DNA of 64,000 nucleotides, from contig CBDCWC010000002.1 in NCBI GenBank assembly GCA_965223295.1, forward strand, positions 32,001 to 96,000, read 5' to 3'. The DNA is from Nitrospirales bacterium. GTDB taxonomy: Bacteria > Nitrospirota > Nitrospiria > Nitrospirales > UBA8639. Positions 19,183-29,409 of this stretch are shown here, piece by piece; position 1 is the first letter of the stretch, and each line of letters begins with the position of its first letter. The translations under genes and the position numbers were made by a program. The notes under the pieces were generated by a model. The model saw only the letters and a list, made by a program, of their open reading frames with translations. It ran no database searches and was not told the DNA's origin.

Positions 19183-20142
19183 CTATGATTTCTTTCGCAC
19201 GCGTTTAAAGATTCGTTGAATATGTTGAATGCCTGAAATCGGGCGATGGAGCGGGCCTGACATGGGGACTTTGCCTTTGAATATAGAATGGATAATCATG
19301 GGAATCATTTCCAGCAATCGTCCGAGATGCTTGAGGCCAAAGGTTCTGAGTGCCAACATGGGTTCGTCCAAAATGCCTTTATGTTTGATAATGTCGGTAA
19401 AGACTTCCGCATGGCGTGAGCCACAGGTGGATGGCACCTTTTCCTCTAGACCTTTTGACCGTAAAGCCATGATGCGGTCCATAGGCCCGACACCTTTGGG
19501 GCAGACCTGAATACATTCCATACAGCGGGTACAATCCCACATTCCACTGGGTTGATTGAGGGTCTCTAAGCGGTTGGCTTTGGTTGTATCACGAGGGTCT
19601 GCCACGAACCGGTATGCTTTGGCTAAGGCCGCCGGGCCCATAAAGGTCTTATCAATTTCAAGCACTGTGCAGTCGGAAACGCAGACTCCACACATGATGC
19701 AACTCATCACCCCGGCTAAGTGATTCATGGATTCAGGCGGTGCATGGTATTCAGCTGGTGGAGGAGGCATTGACGGTTGGAGCCAAGGTTGGACCTGCCG
19801 AATCTTTTCCCAAAATGGCGCCATGTCGGTGACCAAATCTTTGATCACCGGCATGTTGTTCATGGGTTCAACTTGAATGGTGCCATCAGCTGCCGTGACA
19901 GACACGACTTTGGTCTTACAGGCCAGTGTCGCATGACCGTTAATCCGCATTCCGCAAGAGCCACAGATCGCCCCTCGGCAGGAGCACCGAAGTGTCAGTG
20001 AATCGTCAAGTGTTTCACGGACTTTGATGAGCCCATCCAGCACGGAGTCGGATGGATCTAGTTCAAGTTCGAAATTTTCAAAGAATGATAATGGTTGTGG
20101 GTGTTCAGGGTTATACCGTCGGACGCGAAGTGTCGTATGCAT
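19183..20142 (-). CDS. sdhB: Succinate dehydrogenase/fumarate reductase Fe-S subunit
   Basis: SCRGAICGSC, CIMCGVCVSDC, CTRCMECIQVCP. Confidence 0.95.
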   Translation of the reverse strand: MHTTLRVRRYNPEHPQPLSFFENFELELDPSDSVLDGLIKVRETLDDSLTLRCSCRGAICGSCGMRINGHATLACKTKVVSVTAADGTIQVEPMNNMPVIKDLVTDMAPFWEKIRQVQPWLQPSMPPPPAEYHAPPESMNHLAGVMSCIMCGVCVSDCTVLEIDKTFMGPAALAKAYRFVADPRDTTKANRLETLNQPSGMWDCTRCMECIQVCPKGVGPMDRIMALRSKGLEEKVPSTCGSRHAEVFTDIIKHKGILDEPMLALRTFGLKHLGRLLEMIPMIIHSIFKGKVPMSGPLHRPISGIQHIQRIFKRVRKKS

Positions 20143-20215
20143 AAGTCGGGGAGTCAATCCTGAACGTACAAAAATTCTAGAGCCTTAATTCATTGTAACA
20201 AAAAAGAGGTAAGAA

Positions 20216-20280
20216 GAGTGTTGAATAATGAGATATCAAAGGCCATATTTCTTCGGGAAGCTCTTGGCGATCAACAGACC
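20216..20280 (+). mobile_element. MITE family A, stand-alone ~65 bp unit
   Basis: GAGTGTTGAATAATGAGATATCAAAGGCCATATTTC...GGCGATCAACAGACC; homologous to 3158-3220 and ends in the family A right end. Confidence 0.65.
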
Positions 20281-20293
20281 TGCAAGAGGAAAT

Positions 20294-20331
20294 CGGAAGC
20301 CCGTTGTCAATACGGAAGCCCGTTGTCAATA
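20294..20331. repeat. Exact 19 bp tandem duplication over the sdhA stop codon
   Basis: CGGAAGCCCGTTGTCAATA twice (20294-20312, 20313-20331). Confidence 0.9.
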
Positions 20332-22041
20332 CAATCGAGTCTGAGGTTGCCATTGGGTAATTTTTACAGGAATGAAACTGATGCGAGGGCTTTTCTGGGG
20401 TTGATGGTATAGTAAAATGTGTTGTAACCATTCTTGATCATCTCGATCCAAATAGTCCGTGCGGAAGTGTGCCCCTCGACTTTCTGTGCGTGTCAGTGCG
20501 CCTGCAATGATCGCTTCGGCGCAATCGAGCATTAAGCTCAATTCTAGAACGGTGATGATACCGGTGTTGAACACCTGACCTTTGTCTTGAGTTGTGACAG
20601 TGGGCCATCGAGCTTGTAACTCCTGGATACGTTGCCGAGCTGTTTCTAGTCCTTCATGTTCTCGAAACACGGATACGTAGCGGTTCATGGTTTTTCCCAT
20701 TTCCAAGCGAATCGCAGCTGCACGCTCACCAGGGCCCTGACGCGCCAAGAGGCTTGACACCAAACGTTGGTCTGCTTCCATGGTGTGTTCTGAAAGGACA
20801 GGTGCAGGAATCGTGCGTGCGTAGTCGGCGGCGCATTGACCGGCCCGGCGACCATAAACGATTGTGTCTAACAGTGAATTGGCTCCAAGCCGATTGCCTC
20901 CATGAAGGCTGACACATGCGGTCTCGCCTGCGGCAAAGAGACCGGGGAGTCCGGCCCATTGATTCTGAATATCCCAGCATCGCCCTTTCGTATCAGTTTT
21001 GATACCTCCCATTTGATAATGCATGCCAGGACGAATCGGAAGCGGATCTTCAGCCAGATCAATATTTGCAAAGATTTTGGCTTCTGCATAAATTTGACCA
21101 AGACGCTCTTGAAGAAATGGTTGGCCTAGATGGCGGCAATCCAGTAAGACACAGCCATTAATGCCTCTGCCTTCATTAATCTCAATTTGTTCTGCACGGG
21201 AGACCACATCCCGGGAGGCCAATTCCAACATGGTTGGGGCATAGCGCTCCATGAAGCGTTCCCCATCTTTATTCAGAAGATATGCGCCCTCGCCTCTGGC
21301 AGCTTCCGTAATGAGTAGCCCTTTGCCTTTGAGGGTGGTGGGGTGATATTGCACCATTTCCATGTCCATTAAAGGTGCCCCAGCACGGTAGGCCAGGGCC
21401 ATGCCATCACCGGTGCAGATCAGGGCATTGGTGCTGGGTTCATACACACGGCCTAATCCGCCTGATGCCATGATGACGGTTTTGGCGCGAAAAATTGAAA
21501 ATTGTCCTGTTTGAATTTCAAAGGCTACCAGACCAGCGCAATGACCTTTCTCGTCTTTGACTAAAGAAGTGACAAACCACTCTTCATAGACGGGAAGTTT
21601 GGCCTGCATCAGTTGTTCATAGAGAACATGGAGCATAGCTTGCCCGGTGAAGTCTGACACAAAAAACGTGCGAGCCTTCTTTTGCCCGCCAAAACGGCGC
21701 GTCCCCAATCGACCTTCCTCACTGCGATTAAATATGACCCCCATATGTTCCAGCGCAATAATGTCTTGTCCGGCCTCTTGTGCGAGGACTTCAACGGCGT
21801 CTTGATCGCCCAGGTAATCACTGCCTTTCACGGTTTCATAGGCATGGTCTTCCCACTTGTCTCCTCGGTCGGTCAAGGCAGCATTAATCCCGCCTTGAGC
21901 CGCGTTGGAGTGACTGCGGACAGGATGGACCTTCGTCAGAATGGCGACTGAGGCTCCATGTTGGTGGGCTGACAGCGCGGCGCGCATGCCAGCTAGTCCC
22001 GCACCCACAATCAGCACATCGTAAACCGGAGGAGATGTCAT
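20326..22041 (-). CDS. sdhA: Succinate dehydrogenase/fumarate reductase flavoprotein
   Basis: GAGLAG, RSHSNAAQGG (covalent FAD His), QYHPT, LASRDVVSR, HYQMGG, LHGGNRLGANSL, ESRGAH. Confidence 0.96.
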   Translation of the reverse strand: MTSPPVYDVLIVGAGLAGMRAALSAHQHGASVAILTKVHPVRSHSNAAQGGINAALTDRGDKWEDHAYETVKGSDYLGDQDAVEVLAQEAGQDIIALEHMGVIFNRSEEGRLGTRRFGGQKKARTFFVSDFTGQAMLHVLYEQLMQAKLPVYEEWFVTSLVKDEKGHCAGLVAFEIQTGQFSIFRAKTVIMASGGLGRVYEPSTNALICTGDGMALAYRAGAPLMDMEMVQYHPTTLKGKGLLITEAARGEGAYLLNKDGERFMERYAPTMLELASRDVVSRAEQIEINEGRGINGCVLLDCRHLGQPFLQERLGQIYAEAKIFANIDLAEDPLPIRPGMHYQMGGIKTDTKGRCWDIQNQWAGLPGLFAAGETACVSLHGGNRLGANSLLDTIVYGRRAGQCAADYARTIPAPVLSEHTMEADQRLVSSLLARQGPGERAAAIRLEMGKTMNRYVSVFREHEGLETARQRIQELQARWPTVTTQDKGQVFNTGIITVLELSLMLDCAEAIIAGALTRTESRGAHFRTDYLDRDDQEWLQHILLYHQPQKSPRISFIPVKITQWQPQTRLY

Positions 22042-22210
22042 GTTAGGAGGTCAACGGTGTTTGATCGGAAGGTAGGCGGTTGATACAAACTCGAGTTCTA
22101 TCAGAGGGAGTTTGCCATATCAGTGAAAAGGGAAATGTAACACGTGGAGTGTAAGATAATATGATTTGTAGATGATGATTGTTTCTTGACAGGTATAGCA
22201 TCTTGCTCGT

Positions 22211-23371
22211 TCAATTTTCTTTCTTCTTACGTTTCACGTCGATTCTTTCCTCAACTGGTATATAAGAAAGGTGGTGTGGGCCATCATAAATCTGGTCGGG
22301 ACGAAAGAGATGATTATCTTGATACTGTTCAAAGCAATGGGCCAGCCATCCTGCGACCCGGGCCATGGCAAAAATCGGGGTAAAGAGATCGGTCTCGATT
22401 CCCAGGCGATGGTAAATGATACCGGAATAAAAATCTACGTTGGGGCGTATGCCTTTTGAGCCTACGCGAGTTTCCATGTGATGTTCCATGACTCTGGCGA
22501 GGTTGAAGAGAGAGTGAGCGTTGGTATTGGTATCCAATTGCTGAGCAAAAGCCTGCATCACAATGGCACGGGGATCTTTCACTTTGTAGATCCGATGGCC
22601 AAATCCCATGATTTTTTCCCTATTCAATAATTTGTTGTCGAGATAGAAGGGAAGACGATCCGCTGAATCGATCTCCTCTAACATATGAATCACCGCTTCG
22701 TTCGCGCCGCCATGGAGCGGTCCTTTCAAGGTTCCAATGGCTGATGAAATCACCGTGTAAGGATCGGCCAGTGTTGAGGCTGTCACCATGCCGCTGAATG
22801 TTGAGGCGTTCATCGTGTGTTCGGCATGTAAAATCAGACAGACGTCGAATATCTTAGCCAATGCCGGATCTGGAATCTGGTCTGTTAACATGTAGAGAAA
22901 ATTCTCTGCAAAGGAGAGATCATCTCGTGGTTGGATTGACTCATCTCCCCGGCGTAGCCGAGCGAAAGCGGCGACAATGGTAGGAAGTTTAGCAATCAGA
23001 CGGACGGCGGTGAGATAACGAGTGCGTTCTTCCCGTACATCGTGAACGGGATAAAACATTCCCAAGGCTGCAACGGCTGCCTGCAGAGCGTCCATGGGAT
23101 GTCCCTGTTCCGGGAGCGATTTCAAGAGATCAATAATGCGGTATTTGATACGACGGTGATGTGAAATATCTTTGATGAAATTCTCTAACTCCAGTTTGGT
23201 TGGGAGTCGCTTGAACAATAAAAGGAACGTGGTTTCAAGAAAGGAACTGTGTTTGGCCAAATCTTCAATGCGAATGCCGGAGTATTCTAATATTCCCGCT
23301 TCACCGTCAACGAAACTGATAGAAGATTTGGCTGCAGGAATTCCAGCTAACCCAGGGAAGAAATCGCGCAT
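22211..23371 (-). CDS. gltA: Citrate synthase
   Basis: HAEHTMNAST, GPLHGGANE, MGFGHRIYK..DPRA, PNVDFYSG, FRP. Confidence 0.96.
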   Translation of the reverse strand: MRDFFPGLAGIPAAKSSISFVDGEAGILEYSGIRIEDLAKHSSFLETTFLLLFKRLPTKLELENFIKDISHHRRIKYRIIDLLKSLPEQGHPMDALQAAVAALGMFYPVHDVREERTRYLTAVRLIAKLPTIVAAFARLRRGDESIQPRDDLSFAENFLYMLTDQIPDPALAKIFDVCLILHAEHTMNASTFSGMVTASTLADPYTVISSAIGTLKGPLHGGANEAVIHMLEEIDSADRLPFYLDNKLLNREKIMGFGHRIYKVKDPRAIVMQAFAQQLDTNTNAHSLFNLARVMEHHMETRVGSKGIRPNVDFYSGIIYHRLGIETDLFTPIFAMARVAGWLAHCFEQYQDNHLFRPDQIYDGPHHLSYIPVEERIDVKRKKKEN

Positions 23372-23766
23372 GTTTTCAGTTTCTTATTTTTTAGAGGGGC
23401 CCATATGAATCATTGTAGGCTCGTCGATACCTTATCGTCCAAAGAGCTCATAAACCAATTTGATCGACAAGAATGCTTCATCTTAATAAGTATTAGGTTC
23501 AATTACTTAATTTTAAACTATGAATTTTTGCTCTTGTTCTGCACTGCCAGCCATACATGCATTATGGGTATAGTGTATGGTTTGCCCTTCAGCTCGCTGG
23601 GCGTTTTTCGTGCTTATAGCATGCCTGGCCGACCTCAACTCTTTGGATTCATTTTAGAATTTGCCTGGACTAAATAAACGGAATGGTCTTTGCATTTTTC
23701 CCTTGGTTATTGATTATAGCTTATTAATTTGGCTTGGTCAGTATCAGATGACTAAGGAGGTGCCTG

Positions 23767-24117
23767 ATGAAAAAATTTAGCTATTTTTGTGGATGGGCGT
23801 TATTTCTAGGCTGCCAAGGTGTCACCCCAAGCCTCGCTGCAGGTGCTGACATGAATAGTGCCCTTCTGCTGAGTCAAAAGGGTGTGCAAGCGGAATCAGC
23901 GAAATCTGCTGCTCCAACCACGAAGTTTCAAAATGTGGAAGGAACGCTCAAGGAAATTCAGGGTGACATTTATGTCGTGGAAGGAGAAGATTCACAGCAA
24001 ACGATTAAAGTTCAAGTTGGTCGGGATACAGCTTTTCCAAATGGGCACAAGGAGCCTGGCCAATCACTACATGCTTTGATTTCTACTATAGATGGGCATG
24101 CGTTGATAATTCGGTAA
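23767..24117 (+). CDS. Small exported hypothetical protein (beta-rich C-terminus)
   Basis: AAGGAGG RBS, MKK plus hydrophobic signal sequence. Confidence 0.8.
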   Translation: MKKFSYFCGWALFLGCQGVTPSLAAGADMNSALLLSQKGVQAESAKSAAPTTKFQNVEGTLKEIQGDIYVVEGEDSQQTIKVQVGRDTAFPNGHKEPGQSLHALISTIDGHALIIR

Positions 24118-24259
24118 GACGAAAACTGCATAAAGAATGCGGGAGGGTTGGGCATTTTAGGGCGTTCACTTTGTCACTTGGGGGAGATACGGTGGGAACC
24201 TTGATATGTTCGATCCTCCGCTATTTTGTCGAAAGTACCACATTGTGGAATGGAGGCCA

Positions 24260-24451
24260 ATGATGAGGTGCGAAACTTGTTTGCATGAATGCACTGTGGT
24301 TGATTTTGTCACGCGTCGAAATCTGTGTGAGCATCTGTATTTAGACTCTCTGGCTGCGAAGCAGAATCCCACCAGGAATTCAACACATGTTCATGTAGGA
24401 AACAGGAAAGATTTTCAATCTCTCGTGTCGTCCTGTGCGGTTGAATCATAA
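24260..24451 (+). CDS. Possible small Cys/His-containing protein
   Basis: GGAGG RBS at 24252-24256 before ATG ATG; MMRCETCLHEC...LCEH; stop abuts a MITE. Confidence 0.35.
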   Translation: MMRCETCLHECTVVDFVTRRNLCEHLYLDSLAAKQNPTRNSTHVHVGNRKDFQSLVSSCAVES

Positions 24452-24639
24452 GTGCACCTCTAAACTCTAAAAACTTTCCTTTTTCCCGATGGCGGAGTCA
24501 GCGTCGTGCTCACAGCCTTCGACGCGCACAGACTTGGTGCTCTTCGCACCGTGCCCCTCATGTATTGGCCCATACACTGCCGTTTTCCGCGCGCCGCTTC
24601 CTTGCCCTCAGAAAAAATCATCAGTTTTTAGAGATGTCC
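24452..24639 (+). mobile_element. MITE family B, long copy
   Basis: GTGCACCTCTAAA...TTTTTAGAGATGTCC ends; internal blocks shared with 6282-6373; no transposase. Confidence 0.75.
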
Positions 24640-24689
24640 ATAAGCTGAAAAAGTCCGTCGCTTCGTTGGAAGCCCTATAGCGATGTTGC

Positions 24690-25607
24690 TTAGGGGAGAA
24701 GGGTTCGAACAGCTTGCTGCTCTGCATGGTAGGAACTCCGAACTAATGGTCCGGACTCAACATGTAAAAACCCGAGTTGGAGGGCCTCCTGTTTAAATTC
24801 CTCAAATTTCTCCGGACTATAAAAGCGAGCAACAGGTGCATGTTCGGGTGTCGGACGGAGATATTGTCCAAGGGTGATCATTTGACAACCTGTCTTTCGA
24901 AGATCGTTCAAGACCGAGAGAATTTCTTCTTCCGTTTCTCCTAATCCAGCCATCAGCCCAGATTTTGTCCGGGCACCATTCTTCTGAGCCCATTCAATCA
25001 CGGCCAGTGAGCGCTGGTATTTTCCTTGCGGCCGTATAGCAGGGAAAAGGCGTGGAACTGTTTCAATATTATGATTGAGGATATGAGGATGTTCGCGCAG
25101 GATGGTGGCGAGATCACCTTGATTGCCTTGAAAATCAGGAATAAGTACTTCAACCGTGCAGTCCGGTGCTAAGCCTCGAATGCGTCGGATTGTTTCGGCA
25201 AATAATTCCGCTCCGCCATCTGGCAAGTCGTCCCGATTAACCGATGTAATAACCGCATGGCGAAGCTTCAGTAGTTTGACAGCCTTAGCAATCCGTTGAG
25301 GTTCTTCCGTATCGACCTTCAATGGGCGTCCGGTTGTGACTGAACAATAGTGACAACGTCTGGTGCAAATATCTCCAAGAATGAGAAATGTTGCCGTTCG
25401 GTTATTCCAACATTCCCATAGATTAGGACAGCGGGCTTCCTCGCAGATGGTATGGAGCTGGTGTGTGTTCACCAATTGGCGAAGTTCTCGGTAATGAGGG
25501 CCGGCTTGGAGACGAACACGAAACCAGGGAGGCAACCGGTGGTGTGAGCTTGAATCTGCTGATGCAGACGGAGACGAAGTGATGTCAGAAGGCGGAATAA
25601 GGTTCAT
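24690..25607 (-). CDS. lipA: Lipoyl synthase
   Basis: CEEARCPNLWEC (CX4CX5C), CTRRCHYC radical SAM motif, VRSSYHA. Confidence 0.96.
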   Translation of the reverse strand: MNLIPPSDITSSPSASADSSSHHRLPPWFRVRLQAGPHYRELRQLVNTHQLHTICEEARCPNLWECWNNRTATFLILGDICTRRCHYCSVTTGRPLKVDTEEPQRIAKAVKLLKLRHAVITSVNRDDLPDGGAELFAETIRRIRGLAPDCTVEVLIPDFQGNQGDLATILREHPHILNHNIETVPRLFPAIRPQGKYQRSLAVIEWAQKNGARTKSGLMAGLGETEEEILSVLNDLRKTGCQMITLGQYLRPTPEHAPVARFYSPEKFEEFKQEALQLGFLHVESGPLVRSSYHAEQQAVRTLLP

Positions 25608-25783
25608 TATACCCTATGGTCGTTCCTGGTGAATATGTCTCAAAATACGACTAAACGGGAAATCCATCCATAGACAAGTAAGTGGGATTATGGAAGCATA
25701 ACATGTTTGAGATGTCAGACCTACTTGAAGATCTGTTGATTTGAAAATAACTCACGATGAACAAGAGAGAAGGCTCCATGCCA

Positions 25784-27007
25784 CTACGCGACAAGGGGAG
25801 AGAAATGATTTGCCCAATCAATGGCATCCAGATAAAAATCACGGATAGTCGACGGTTCAAGTCTGAGAGACTTGAGTTCCAACCACTTGCCAGATTCATA
25901 GGCTTTGACAGAAGAAAGCACTAACCCCATATCTCCTGTTCCCTCGACTAAGGCATCCGCAATATCCTCAGGTAATGGAAGTTTTTCAAGAATGTGTTCC
26001 ATGGGTGAGTTGTACAAGGTTTCTAAAACTGAAAGCAGGCCCATTGTGAAATATTTTTCTGGTGCCACGGATCCTAATTTTTCTCCCAACCGTTCGCACA
26101 TTTTAGCTCGTACGAGCGCAATGACTAATATTTCATGAGCTTGAGCCTGACCGCTGGCCATGATGATGAGTGTGGCCCATGTTCGAATACGATCGATGCC
26201 AACCATACAGGCAGCATGGTCAATCGATTCGACTCGTCTGGGAAGCCCGACGTACGCAGAATTGACATATCGCAAGACTTTATAGCTGAGAGAGAGATCG
26301 TTGCGAATATGTTGTACGAGTCCTTTAAACGGAATGTGGGGGTCCTGAATTTTCCCCAGTAACTCTAAGAGAGCCACACGGTTTGCGGGAATCTCTCGCC
26401 CCCGAATCACGTCTGGACGAAAAAAGAAATACCCTTGAAAATAGTAGAACCCTAGCTTTTTGCAAGTCTCATAGTCTTCAACCGTCTCTACTTTTTCAGC
26501 GAGGAGACGGACACGTGACTCTCCTATGTGGGACACTTCTCGTTGCAATTGACTTTCGGTTTTTCCCAAGACATCGATTTTGACAATATCGGCGAACTCT
26601 AGAAATAGGCGCGATCGATCATTAAAGACAAAATCGTCCAGCGCAATGGTATAACCTTGCTGTGAAAGTCCTTCAAGTGTTTCAAGGACCTGGGGAGTGG
26701 GTTCCACATTTTCTAGGATTTCGAGCACGACACGATTTTTAGGAAGTGCCTCACAAAAATGTTCCAAGAGAAATTGCTTGGGAATATTGAGGAATGCTAA
26801 ATGAGATCCCACGACATGTTCCAGCCCAATATCTAAATAAGTGTTGAGAAGAACCGTGGCTGTTGCCACGCTCTCATCCTTATAGATAGCCTGACCGATC
26901 TCGCAATTGCGGTAGAGCACCTCGTACCCAATGGTCTTTAACGTTGGCCCGAGAATGGGCTGACGTCCGACAAACACATCTCCATATTGGGCGAGTGCGT
27001 TTTTCAT
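25784..27007 (-). CDS. EAL-HDOD domain protein (YuxH/PdeH-like c-di-GMP phosphodiesterase)
   Basis: RQPI...YEVLYR, LEILE, ALDDF, KID, AEKVE, FQGYFF; HDOD part D..LSYKVLRYVNSA, RAKMCE, GLLS. Confidence 0.92.
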   Translation of the reverse strand: MKNALAQYGDVFVGRQPILGPTLKTIGYEVLYRNCEIGQAIYKDESVATATVLLNTYLDIGLEHVVGSHLAFLNIPKQFLLEHFCEALPKNRVVLEILENVEPTPQVLETLEGLSQQGYTIALDDFVFNDRSRLFLEFADIVKIDVLGKTESQLQREVSHIGESRVRLLAEKVETVEDYETCKKLGFYYFQGYFFFRPDVIRGREIPANRVALLELLGKIQDPHIPFKGLVQHIRNDLSLSYKVLRYVNSAYVGLPRRVESIDHAACMVGIDRIRTWATLIIMASGQAQAHEILVIALVRAKMCERLGEKLGSVAPEKYFTMGLLSVLETLYNSPMEHILEKLPLPEDIADALVEGTGDMGLVLSSVKAYESGKWLELKSLRLEPSTIRDFYLDAIDWANHFSPLVA

Positions 27008-27360
27008 GCTTTGTTCAATCGCCTCTCTTTATTGGGCGCAAGGGTCCGTGATGGAAGCGCAGACATACCTGTATCTATTTTCGGCCAACAAAACCAAACA
27101 ATTGAGATTTGCAGAAAAATGACTAAAATGAAGACAAGCGGCTTTAAGCAGGCATGGCCTATTTTTCATCGTTGCTTATTGATTCGTTCCTGCAGCGCGA
27201 GTTTTCGTCGGTCGTACGAGATACGATTGAGAAAAAATTTTCTTGTGCTGTTGATTAGTGCCTGTTGTTGTCGGTTGTACGACATAAGGGAGGATGGGAT
27301 CGCCACGATCGTGAAGAGTAGTGCCTACTAGAGAGAAAGATCTCCTCCAAGGAAGGCAGC

Positions 27361-29193
27361 TTAGGTTTTTTGGCTAACCGAAGATCTGACAAAGATTGCA
27401 GTCAAGTCAGTTGCGGACACAGGTGGGCTAAAGAAGTGTCCTTGGTATTGATCACATTTGAGAGTTGCCAGGATATCTCGTTGTTCCTGCTTCTCGACAC
27501 CTTCAGCGACGACATTTAAATGGAATTCATGAGCGAGATAAATAATTGCGGATACTAAGGCCTTATCTTCAGGATTGTCGGTGATGTCCATCATGAAGGA
27601 ACGGTCGATTTTTAGTTCGTGGAGTGGAAGACTCTTTAAATAGCTCAGTGATGAATATCCTGTACCAAAGTCATCCATAGAGACCTTTATCCCTAAGGCG
27701 ATCAGTTGGTTCAATGTTTCCGTAGTCTGTTCAACGTTTTCCATGATGAGACTCTCAGTGAGTTCTAACGTCAAATATTGTTGGTCGACATGATGAGACA
27801 GTAAGGCGTCTCTCACGGATTGGACAATCGAGCCTCCGTGAAATTGTTTGGCTGAGAGATTCACTGACACACGAATCCAAATTCCCTGTGCTTGCCAAGA
27901 GGATAGTTGGTTGCAGACTTCCCTTAGTGCCCATTCGCCAAGCGGTACAACGATCCCAGTTTCTTCTGCTAATGGAATAAAGTCATTTGGAGAGACTAAC
28001 GTTCCGTCGGGTTGTTGCCATCGAGCCAAGGCTTCGGTCCCAAGGATTTCTCCGGTTGCGACACTGATCTGAGGTTGATAATGCATGATGAGTTGTTTGT
28101 CTTCGATTGCGTGGCGTAAAGCAGCTTCACGTTTGAGATGCTGATGGCTCTTGGCATTCATCTCCCTCGAATAAAATTGATAGCTTCCCTGATCTTGAGA
28201 GGAAACTTGTGCGCTGGCCCCGATAGCACACTGAACCAAGGTCACGACATCTCTCGCGTCACCGGGGAAACTTGCCATGCCAATGCTGGGGAGAATGGAA
28301 ACTTCAGTGCCATCAGCATCGAAGGGAATCGACATCGCTTCAATAATTCGAGAGGCGATCTTCATCGCATGTTCTGGGTGAGCCATATGTGGGCAGACAA
28401 CTGAAAATTCATCTCCACTCACGTGAAACAAGCATGTCAATTGCTGCTCTTCCTGTATGCCTTTCCCGAGAAGGTCCGTTCCCCGGACACAGGCTTGAAT
28501 CCGGTTGGCGATCTGCTTAATAACCTTGTCACCCACTTGTGGCCCAAACGTGTTGTATATGCGTTTAAACTGAGGCAGGCTAATGTGCAACATGACGAGA
28601 TGATCGTTCCGGGACTCGGCCTGTTGGAGAAACCAGGTCAACCGGTCCAGAAATAAACTCCGGTTTGGTAAGTGTGTTAGGGCATCGTAGTAGGCGAGTT
28701 GGTTTTGATATGCTTTTGCTGCAAGCGTATTGCGTACACGGAGTACCAATTCACTTGGGTCAACTGGCTTCGCCAAAAAATCCGTGGCCCCCCGGTCTAG
28801 AGCTTCGAGTTTGGTTTCAGCATCGGAAGAGGACGTGAGCATAATGACGGGTAGATGTTTGAATAACGAATGAGACCGTATCTGGTGCAAGATTTCAAAT
28901 CCGCTGACTTCCGGCATGACCAGATCGAGCAGAAGGATATCTGGACGACAGGTTTCGATCTCTGAAATGGCTTGAGAGGAATGTTCTATCAGAACAAAGC
29001 GTTGATAGCCCGCGTCCTCTAAAAAGGTTTGCATCACCTCCATGGTGGTGACTTCATCATCAACCATCATGATCGTCGCTTGACTGAGTAAGGAGGGATC
29101 ACTTCCCAGTTCCGAAGGCAGTCCTTGCGTGATGGAGGAACGTTCATGATCCAAGGTGCCTGTTGAAGCTTGGACTGGGCTGAATGATTCCAT
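27361..29193 (-). CDS. Response regulator REC-GGDEF(degenerate)-EAL, predicted phosphodiesterase
   Basis: REC VDDE/LLDLVMP/KP. GGDEF altered to SGDEF and the DxDxFK site replaced by SLPQFK. EAL intact (EALARW, ELTES, DDFGTGYSSL, KIDRSF, EGVE). Confidence 0.92.
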   Translation of the reverse strand: MESFSPVQASTGTLDHERSSITQGLPSELGSDPSLLSQATIMMVDDEVTTMEVMQTFLEDAGYQRFVLIEHSSQAISEIETCRPDILLLDLVMPEVSGFEILHQIRSHSLFKHLPVIMLTSSSDAETKLEALDRGATDFLAKPVDPSELVLRVRNTLAAKAYQNQLAYYDALTHLPNRSLFLDRLTWFLQQAESRNDHLVMLHISLPQFKRIYNTFGPQVGDKVIKQIANRIQACVRGTDLLGKGIQEEQQLTCLFHVSGDEFSVVCPHMAHPEHAMKIASRIIEAMSIPFDADGTEVSILPSIGMASFPGDARDVVTLVQCAIGASAQVSSQDQGSYQFYSREMNAKSHQHLKREAALRHAIEDKQLIMHYQPQISVATGEILGTEALARWQQPDGTLVSPNDFIPLAEETGIVVPLGEWALREVCNQLSSWQAQGIWIRVSVNLSAKQFHGGSIVQSVRDALLSHHVDQQYLTLELTESLIMENVEQTTETLNQLIALGIKVSMDDFGTGYSSLSYLKSLPLHELKIDRSFMMDITDNPEDKALVSAIIYLAHEFHLNVVAEGVEKQEQRDILATLKCDQYQGHFFSPPVSATDLTAIFVRSSVSQKT

Positions 29194-29409
29194 CTGTCTC
29201 TCGTTCTAGTTCAATCGACGTACTGGTTGCTAAAATGAGCGGATTCGACTTTCTTTCCTAAATGCTGCTGGCTATAAAATGCCATAGTGCTGAACTAACC
29301 TATTGACACACTTGGACTATCTCTAAATTTCTCGGCTACTTTGAGAGTAATCCTAAGAGATTCTCAGTACTTTTCTGAAATTTGAAATTTATGAGGGAAG
29401 TGGTGTCGG

